Source: Bacilli bacterium (GTDB lineage: Bacteria; Bacillota_I; Bacilli_A; RF39; UBA660). Taken from it: a DNA stretch of 35,920 nt. The position numbers and the translations under genes are program-made. Numbering within the stretch: the first letter of the stretch is position 1; each line of letters begins with the position of its first letter. The notes below the pieces were generated by a model. It had not been told where the DNA came from, searched no databases, and was given only the letters and a program-made list of their open reading frames with translations. This document shows positions 29,716 through 35,920 of the stretch, one piece after another. The stretch is taken from NCBI GenBank assembly GCA_036660495.1, contig JAVXAN010000003.1:1-35920 (forward strand). The letters are read 5' to 3'.

Positions 29716-30900
29716 CTATTTATTATTTATTACCGCTATTGCTGGTAACGTTCTACCTTCTATATATTCTAAAGATGCTCCACCACCAGTTGATATGTGA
29801 AAAAACTTATCTTTATAGCCAAACTTTATTACTGCTCCTGCTAAGTCTCCTCCACCAATTATTACTTTAGCTTTGCTTTTATATAACATACTGCATAATT
29901 CTTTAGTTCCACGTTCAAAATTTTTAAATTCGCATACTCCTACTGGTCCGTTCCAAAAAACTAGTTTTGAATTTTTAATATATGATTCAAATAATTTAAT
30001 CGTGTTATTACCAATATCTAAAATCATTGAATTATTTGGTACTTCCTCAACTAAACAGTACTTAGCTTCTTCCTTATTATTAAAACTTGATGAAACTAAA
30101 GCATCTACTGGTAACACTATCTTCTTTGGATATTTTTTTAGCAAGTTTTGACAATATGAGATACTTGATATATCACACACAGAATTTTTAATATCATAGT
30201 CTTTAGCAGCTAAAAACGTGTTAGCAATTCCTCCTGCTACTAATAAATAATCAACTTTATTTATTAAATTATCAATAACCTTTATTTTATCAGAAACTTT
30301 TGAACCACCCATTATTACTACGTATGGATGCATCTTAACCTTTAAAACCTCATTAAGAGCTTCCATTTCTTTTTCAACAAGAAATCCAATTCCAGATGGA
30401 ATGTTGCTAGCAATGCCTACGTTCGACGCATGGCTACGGTGTGCCGTGCCAAAAGCATCATTAATAAAAACGTCTCCTAAACTAGCCCAATATTTACCCA
30501 ACTGTTGATCATTACCACTTTCTTTATTTCCATCAACATCCTCAAATCTAGTGTTTTCAATTAAAATAATTTCACCCGGTTCTAATAAACGAATGTTTTC
30601 TTCGAGAACCGTTCCACGTGTATCATTAATAAACTTAACTGGTTTTTCTAATAACTTGCTTAGTCTATCAGCAACAACTAATAATGAACCGTTTTTTTTA
30701 TCATCATTACATTTTATCTTACCTAAGTGTGATAATAAAATTATCTTTGCTTTTTTACTAACAGCATATCTAATTGTTGGCAAACTTTCTATTATACGGT
30801 TATCATCAGTTATTTTACCATTAGACATTGGTAAGTTAAAATCACATCTAATAATAATAACTTTATTTTTTATATCAAAATCTCTAATTGTCTTTTTCAT
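29716..30900 (-). CDS. pgk: phosphoglycerate kinase
   Basis: RCDFNLP, LSHLG, ENTRF, NDAFGTAHR, GGSKVSDK, WNGP, STGGGAS. The start is ATG 30900 or 30903 behind AGGAGG. Confidence 0.98.
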   Translation of the reverse strand: MKKTIRDFDIKNKVIIIRCDFNLPMSNGKITDDNRIIESLPTIRYAVSKKAKIILLSHLGKIKCNDDKKNGSLLVVADRLSKLLEKPVKFINDTRGTVLEENIRLLEPGEIILIENTRFEDVDGNKESGNDQQLGKYWASLGDVFINDAFGTAHRSHASNVGIASNIPSGIGFLVEKEMEALNEVLKVKMHPYVVIMGGSKVSDKIKVIDNLINKVDYLLVAGGIANTFLAAKDYDIKNSVCDISSISYCQNLLKKYPKKIVLPVDALVSSSFNNKEEAKYCLVEEVPNNSMILDIGNNTIKLFESYIKNSKLVFWNGPVGVCEFKNFERGTKELCSMLYKSKAKVIIGGGDLAGAVIKFGYKDKFFHISTGGGASLEYIEGRTLPAIAVINNK

Positions 30901-30956
30901 CATTAGCCTCCTTTTATTATTATAACATGATATCAAAAATAGGAAAACATAATTTC

Positions 30957-32240
30957 CTATTTTACATTAACAACTATCGTTGCCGTTTTACCGTCCGCAG
31001 CTGAAGCGGTAATCACCGCTTTACCCCTTGCCCTTGCTGTAATAGTACCATTTGATACTGATGCCACTGCTTCGTTTGAACTACCCCATGATATTGATTT
31101 GTTAGTGGCATTTGATGGGGTTATCGATGCAAATATAACTTTTGTATTACCAACTTCAAGCTCAACTGAATTAGGGGTTAAAGTGAATCCAGTTACTGGT
31201 ATATAGGTTGATTTTACTATTACCGTTCTTCTAGCACTAGTTTGATTTTGCCATGCATCTTTGACAGTATAAGTAACATAATAAGTTCCAGCTACTGCAG
31301 TGTTTACTGAACTATTAACTGACACACTTGAATTTATATTTTTACCCGTTACGTCAGTAGCTGAAAATCCTCCATCAAAATAAGATTGACCAACATTTAA
31401 AATCGTAGGATTATCTCCTAAAATTGTTATCCTTGGTGGGGTTGTTACTTTAGTTGTTGTAGTTACCGTTATTTTTCTTGTTGTAGTTCTAGTTGGTTGA
31501 TTAGTCCTTGTTGTTATTGGTCTATTAGTTATACCAGTTGTTGTAACAATAACTGGTATAGTAGTTACACCAGGAAGAACTATTACCTTTCTTTTTACCC
31601 TGGCTTTATTACCTGCTTTATCAGAAACTCGATATACGATTTCATACATTCCAGAAGTTAAAGTGTCAACTTTTCCTTCCGTAATTATTTTTGACGTTAT
31701 ATTTCCATCCTTGTTATCAATTGCAACAGCACCCTGATCTTTATATTCTGAGGCAAAAGCTACGTTCATTTCTGTTAACCCGTTAATAGTAATAACTGGG
31801 GCAACCTTATCTTTTGCCGACGTAACTTTATGAGTAGTTACTTTATTATCATTACTAATATAACCTGGGGTTTTATAATTTTTTCCACAATTTAAATATG
31901 CAGTATAATTTTCCTTTTCTAACTTTTGGGCAATAACGTATCCAGCGCAAATTTTGGTTACTTTACTTTCAACAATACCTCCACCATTTTTTTCTAATAA
32001 TGACGATAACTTAATGGTAACTTGTTCTGTAGTTAAAGTTATGTTGTTTTGAGATAAATATATATAACTTTCTTCAACCATTCTGTTTTCAAGATTTTTA
32101 AAATCAGCTGCCGTGTATTTTGGCTTGCTATTTTGTACGCTTTTAATAATAATCATTATAATAACAATTAATATTAAAACAACTAAAATGGTAAGGATAA
32201 GCATACCTCTAGTTATTTGAAACTTTTTCTTTTCTTCCAT
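30957..32240 (-). CDS. membrane-anchored modular surface protein: pilin-like head, two DUF5011-type Ig-like domains, Thr-rich linker, Big_2-like domain
   Basis: N-terminal hydrophobic helix. Two repeats: DKVAPVITING...YRVSDKAGN and PPRITILG...YTVKDAWQN. The C-terminal PSNATNKSISWGSSNEAVASV pattern is Big_2-like. Confidence 0.82.
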   Translation of the reverse strand: MEEKKKFQITRGMLILTILVVLILIVIIMIIIKSVQNSKPKYTAADFKNLENRMVEESYIYLSQNNITLTTEQVTIKLSSLLEKNGGGIVESKVTKICAGYVIAQKLEKENYTAYLNCGKNYKTPGYISNDNKVTTHKVTSAKDKVAPVITINGLTEMNVAFASEYKDQGAVAIDNKDGNITSKIITEGKVDTLTSGMYEIVYRVSDKAGNKARVKRKVIVLPGVTTIPVIVTTTGITNRPITTRTNQPTRTTTRKITVTTTTKVTTPPRITILGDNPTILNVGQSYFDGGFSATDVTGKNINSSVSVNSSVNTAVAGTYYVTYTVKDAWQNQTSARRTVIVKSTYIPVTGFTLTPNSVELEVGNTKVIFASITPSNATNKSISWGSSNEAVASVSNGTITARARGKAVITASAADGKTATIVVNVK

Positions 32241-32300
32241 TTTTATCACCCCAAATTTTACATTTATATTATAACATATTTTAATAATATTTTAAAATAT

Positions 32301-32325
32301 AAAAACAGCGCTAATTTTAGCGCTG
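32301..32325 (-). terminator. terminator after gap
   Basis: CAGCGCTA-N4-TAGCGCTG followed by TTTTT on the minus strand. Confidence 0.8.
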
Positions 32326-32332
32326 AAATATT

Positions 32333-33343
32333 CTACTTCAAATTTGAAAAATATTTAGCTGTTCTTACCATTTGAGCACTATACCCCATTTCGTTATCGT
32401 ACCATGCTATTATTTTAACAAGCTGCTTACCATTAACTTCTATAACATTAGTAGAAAGTCCGTCTACTAGTGCACCAAGGGTTGATCCGATTATATCACT
32501 TGAAACAATCGGATCTTCAGTATACGCAATTGTCTCTGAAACATTTTCCTTAAACATATTATTAATATCTGACTTTGATACTTTTTTCTTTAGTTCAATA
32601 ACTAGGTCAATTACAGATCCCGTAGTAACTGGAACCCTCATTGCATTACCCTCTAACTTTCCTTTTAACTCAGGAATAACCAGCCCAATAGCACTTGCTG
32701 CTCCTGTTGTAGCTGGAACAATGTTTGCTGATGCTGCTCTTCCTCTTCTTGAAAGATAACCCTTTTTATGCGCTACATCTAAAGTTGACTGATCATTTGT
32801 ATAAGCATGGATAGTTGTCATGTAACCTTTTTCAACGCCAAAGTTTTTACATAGTAAATCCATAACTGGAGCCAAACAATTAGTTGTACAACTTGCAGCA
32901 CTAATTACTTTTTCTTCACCGGTTAAAACGTTATTATTAACATTATACACAATTGTTTTTAAGTCTCCTTGTGCTGGAGCTGAAATTATTACTTTTTTAG
33001 CACCAGCTTTGACATGTGCTTCTGCTTTTTCTAAAGAAGTAAAAAAACCAGTACATTCAAAAACAATATCTATTTTTTCGCTTTTCCAAGGTAAGTTTAT
33101 TGGGTCTAATTCCGAGTAAATTCTTATTTTTCGGCCACCAATAATAATATTTTCATCATCACTTGATATTTCATCTTTTCTATACACACGATGACTTGTA
33201 TCATACTTTAACAAATAAGCTAATTGATCAGCATTAGTTAAATCATTTATTGCAATAACTTCAAAATTTGGATCTTCCTCCATAATTCTAAAAACCAATC
33301 TTCCTATTCTCCCAAAGCCATTAATTGCTACTCTTATTGCCAT
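32333..33343 (-). CDS. gap: type I glyceraldehyde-3-phosphate dehydrogenase
   Basis: INGFGRIGR, ASCTTNCL, HAYT, WYDNE. The start is set at ATG 33343 (MAIRVAING). Confidence 0.98.
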   Translation of the reverse strand: MAIRVAINGFGRIGRLVFRIMEEDPNFEVIAINDLTNADQLAYLLKYDTSHRVYRKDEISSDDENIIIGGRKIRIYSELDPINLPWKSEKIDIVFECTGFFTSLEKAEAHVKAGAKKVIISAPAQGDLKTIVYNVNNNVLTGEEKVISAASCTTNCLAPVMDLLCKNFGVEKGYMTTIHAYTNDQSTLDVAHKKGYLSRRGRAASANIVPATTGAASAIGLVIPELKGKLEGNAMRVPVTTGSVIDLVIELKKKVSKSDINNMFKENVSETIAYTEDPIVSSDIIGSTLGALVDGLSTNVIEVNGKQLVKIIAWYDNEMGYSAQMVRTAKYFSNLK

Positions 33344-33391
33344 GTTATCATCTCCTATTTTTATTTTATCATTTATGTGTTTTATAAACAA

Positions 33392-35044
33392 CTAACTATT
33401 AAAACAGCTACCACCAATAAACTCTCTAATAATCGAATCACTTGGGACACTGTCACTTGGAATTGCTAAGATACTTCTAAATAAATTTATTAATCTTATC
33501 GCTTCATCATAATTAGGATTATCTTCACTTACTGAAAACAAAAGTGGTTCAGCGTACGTTTTTAAAACTCCAAGTTCATATGCTAAAGATGTATTTAAAA
33601 TTTCATTAGCATCATTCTCATATGGTAAAACGTATTTTTCCTCAGCTTCCCTAACATCCTTCCATACTCCAAGAGTTCTAGTAGCTGAAGATCCTCTTAC
33701 CATGTTATCCCTAACCATTCTTCTTATAAGCCTATTATCAGTAGATCTTATTCGGTTATGGTTATCGATATTTAAAGCTGTTAACGGACATAAGTATAAT
33801 TTAAATTTAGCACTTTCATTAATTGAACTTGTTAATTCTTTATTAAAAGCATGAATTCCCTCAATTATTAACACATCATTTTCCCCAAGCTTTGTTTTCT
33901 CACCACTATATTTTTTTTCACCCTTAACAAAATCATACTTTGGTAATTCTACTTCTTTTCCATCTAATAAGTCTTTTATATTTTCATTAAATAACTTTGT
34001 ATCAATGGCTTCTATTTTTTCATATTCAGGGTTCCCATTTTTATCTAGTACTCGATCTTTTATATTAACATAAAAATCATCAACTGAAATTACAAAAGGA
34101 TTAATTCCCTTGCTTTTCAAAAATAAGTTAAGTTTTTTAGACGTTGTAGTTTTTCCGGATGAAGAAGGACCAGTAACTAAAATCATTCTTATGTTTTTAT
34201 TTTTACTAATATTATCTGCTATTTGAAAAATCCGATTATCTTGAATTGATTCACTAATTCGAATTATATCACCATAGTTTCCATTAGAAATAAGTTTGTT
34301 TAAGTCCGTTGAATTATTTAAGTTTAAATCATTTTGATATTTACAACTTCTTAATATTTCATGAATTAACTTATCTGATTTTTCATATTTTAATTCCATT
34401 TCAATATCGTATAAATATGGATAAAGTAGCACTACATAGTTGTCTTTTAGATATTTAACATTATACTTATCAATAACTTTAGTATTATTTGGTAATGGTC
34501 CATAATAATAATCTAAAACGTTATCTAATTTATTTAAACTAATACTAGAATTACTAATATACCTAAGCGCTGATGCTTTATCAAACTGATTTATTTTTTC
34601 ATAATAATCAATGGCATCAAGTCTTGACACGTTTATCTTATCAATTGGCATAGCATTAGATACCAAATCTCGCATTCGCATTTTTATTTTTTCAACTGTT
34701 ACTTCTGAAATCGGATTATTTGATAGTATTTCACAAAAAATTCCTTTTCCTAAAGTATAGGATATTTTAACGTCACAATTTAAAAGATCTCGTACTGATT
34801 TTGAAAATAAAAAACTTAATCCTCTTTCATAAGCCATATTTCCTGCCGGTGAAGATACGTCAAAAAAATCAACTTGGCAGTCTTTTGTTACTTTAGCTGA
34901 TAAATCTAACAAATGATTATTTATACTGCCTACAATAATATCCCTTTTATAATCATCCTTTACTTTAAGAGATAACTGTTCTAATGTAACTGCTTGTTCA
35001 AAAAGAAACTCCTTATTATTACACCTAACTTTTATACTAGCCAT
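33392..35044 (-). CDS. nucleoside (uridine) kinase-like protein fused to ThrRS N-terminal-like (TGS) domains
   Basis: The N-terminus resembles ThrRS N1/N2 (DYYYGPLPNNT). C-terminal P-loop GPSSSGKTT, IEGIHA, RRMVRD, IREFIGGS. Confidence 0.88.
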   Translation of the reverse strand: MASIKVRCNNKEFLFEQAVTLEQLSLKVKDDYKRDIIVGSINNHLLDLSAKVTKDCQVDFFDVSSPAGNMAYERGLSFLFSKSVRDLLNCDVKISYTLGKGIFCEILSNNPISEVTVEKIKMRMRDLVSNAMPIDKINVSRLDAIDYYEKINQFDKASALRYISNSSISLNKLDNVLDYYYGPLPNNTKVIDKYNVKYLKDNYVVLLYPYLYDIEMELKYEKSDKLIHEILRSCKYQNDLNLNNSTDLNKLISNGNYGDIIRISESIQDNRIFQIADNISKNKNIRMILVTGPSSSGKTTTSKKLNLFLKSKGINPFVISVDDFYVNIKDRVLDKNGNPEYEKIEAIDTKLFNENIKDLLDGKEVELPKYDFVKGEKKYSGEKTKLGENDVLIIEGIHAFNKELTSSINESAKFKLYLCPLTALNIDNHNRIRSTDNRLIRRMVRDNMVRGSSATRTLGVWKDVREAEEKYVLPYENDANEILNTSLAYELGVLKTYAEPLLFSVSEDNPNYDEAIRLINLFRSILAIPSDSVPSDSIIREFIGGSCFNS

Positions 35045-35155
35045 ATTATCACCCTTTATTCTAATATTATAATACCAAAATACGCAAAAAAAGTCACATG
35101 ATTTTAATGATATTTACAAACGTACTATACATAATATTATTAGGGTGATAAATTT

Positions 35156-35725
35156 ATGAATCTTATTCCAACAATTATTGAAAAAACTAACAGGGGAGAA
35201 AGAGCATATGACATATACTCAAGACTTTTAAAAGACCGAATTGTTTTTTTAAGCGGCGAAATTAATGATGAGACCGCTAATTGCATTATAAGTCAACTAC
35301 TGTTTTTAGATTCAACTGGTAAAGATGATATTAGCCTATATATTAACAGTCCTGGTGGAAGCATAACTGACGGTATGGCTATATATGATACAATTAACTT
35401 TATTAAAAGTGACGTATCAACCATATGTGTTGGCATGGCAGCATCTATGGCATCAGTACTACTTGCAAGTGGTAAAATAGGAAAAAGATATGCTCTACCA
35501 AATAGTGAAGTTATGATTCATCAGCCATTGGGTGGTGTTACTGGTCAAGCAACAGAAATAAAAATTGTTGCTGATAGAATTTTATATTTAAGAAATAAAT
35601 TAAATACCATATTATCTGAAAAAACCGGAAAAGATATTAATCTTATTGAAAAAGACACTGAAAGAGATCATTATTTAACTGCTGAAGAATCTTTATCATA
35701 TGGACTAATTGATAAAATACTATAA
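35156..35725 (+). CDS. clpP: ATP-dependent Clp protease proteolytic subunit
   Basis: [18 protein letters not shown], and the catalytic triad in AASM, IHQP and ERD. Confidence 0.98.
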   Translation: MNLIPTIIEKTNRGERAYDIYSRLLKDRIVFLSGEINDETANCIISQLLFLDSTGKDDISLYINSPGGSITDGMAIYDTINFIKSDVSTICVGMAASMASVLLASGKIGKRYALPNSEVMIHQPLGGVTGQATEIKIVADRILYLRNKLNTILSEKTGKDINLIEKDTERDHYLTAEESLSYGLIDKIL

Positions 35726-35743
35726 AAAAGCAAAAACCACATA

Positions 35744-35806
35744 AAGTGATATTATGAAAGTAGACAAATTTAAAAAAGAAATGTCTGCTTTTTTAATGCA
35801 ATAAAA
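35744..35806 (+). repeat. partial copy of the 1200-1372 element, forming a terminator-like hairpin after clpP
   Basis: AAGTGATATTATGAAAGTAGACA...TAAAAAAG...TCTGCTTTTTTA aligns with the reverse complement of about 1303-1368 (AAGTGATATTGTAAAAGTAGACA...TAAAAAAG...TCTGCTTTTTTA). Confidence 0.7.
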
Positions 35807-35920
35807 TAAAAGCGCTAGTAAATTCTTTTTATTCTTCACATCATATTTTCTTTACAATCTAGCTAATTAGATTATATAAAGTTTATTATTAAATGTTTTT
35901 TAACATTTGCTCATTTCTTT

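Noticed and set aside
1913-30925. Numerous plus-strand ORFs of 61-157 aa (e.g. 1913-2308, 6447-6920, 7396-7809, 15591-16034, 30551-30925)
   Set aside because: They are shadow ORFs antisense to well-supported genes, with no recognisable motif.
31440-31567. Repetitive GTT/GTA-rich tract resembling a tandem repeat or CRISPR
   Set aside because: It encodes the Thr-rich linker of the surface protein and has no fixed repeat-spacer period. No CRISPR array was seen in the window.
35045-35155. CtsR or CIRCE operator upstream of clpP
   Set aside because: Neither the GGTCAAA heptad repeat nor the TTAGCACTC inverted repeat is visible.

Overview
AT-rich, genetic-code-11 core-genome window from a low-GC Bacillota bacterium. 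The inference is a reduced-genome member of Bacilli, RF39-like: rpmD is lost from the spc operon, there is no rpsD in the alpha cluster, and spo0A is retained. Almost everything is on the minus strand. In transcription order it holds: a TGS-fused nucleoside kinase, gap, a pilin-like/Ig-domain surface protein, pgk, a flippase-like membrane protein, a GT4 glycolipid synthase, a divergent tpiA, an orphan, spo0A, a Bax-inhibitor-1 protein, gpmI, the S10-spc-alpha ribosomal cluster, an SDR plus a type IV prepilin, ecfA1-ecfA2-ecfT-truA, a YdcC-like lipoprotein, an S41 protease, a DUF402 phosphatase, and the promoter and 5' end of a 16S rRNA gene. DUF378 and clpP lie on the plus strand. Five observations stand out. 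(1) Two unlinked genes share an unusual two-cysteine pilin head (CxGYV...C..Y.T.GY); one is a canonical prepilin and the other an E5-less modular pilin with three Ig-like domains. (2) The ECF ATPases carry three substitutions that all map to one composite ATP site. (3) A MITE-like inverted-repeat element has a second partial copy 34 kb away. (4) The glycolytic operon keeps its order but is interleaved with spo0A, glycolipid and surface genes. (5) rpmD is cleanly absent. All calls come from reading the sequence; no searches were run.
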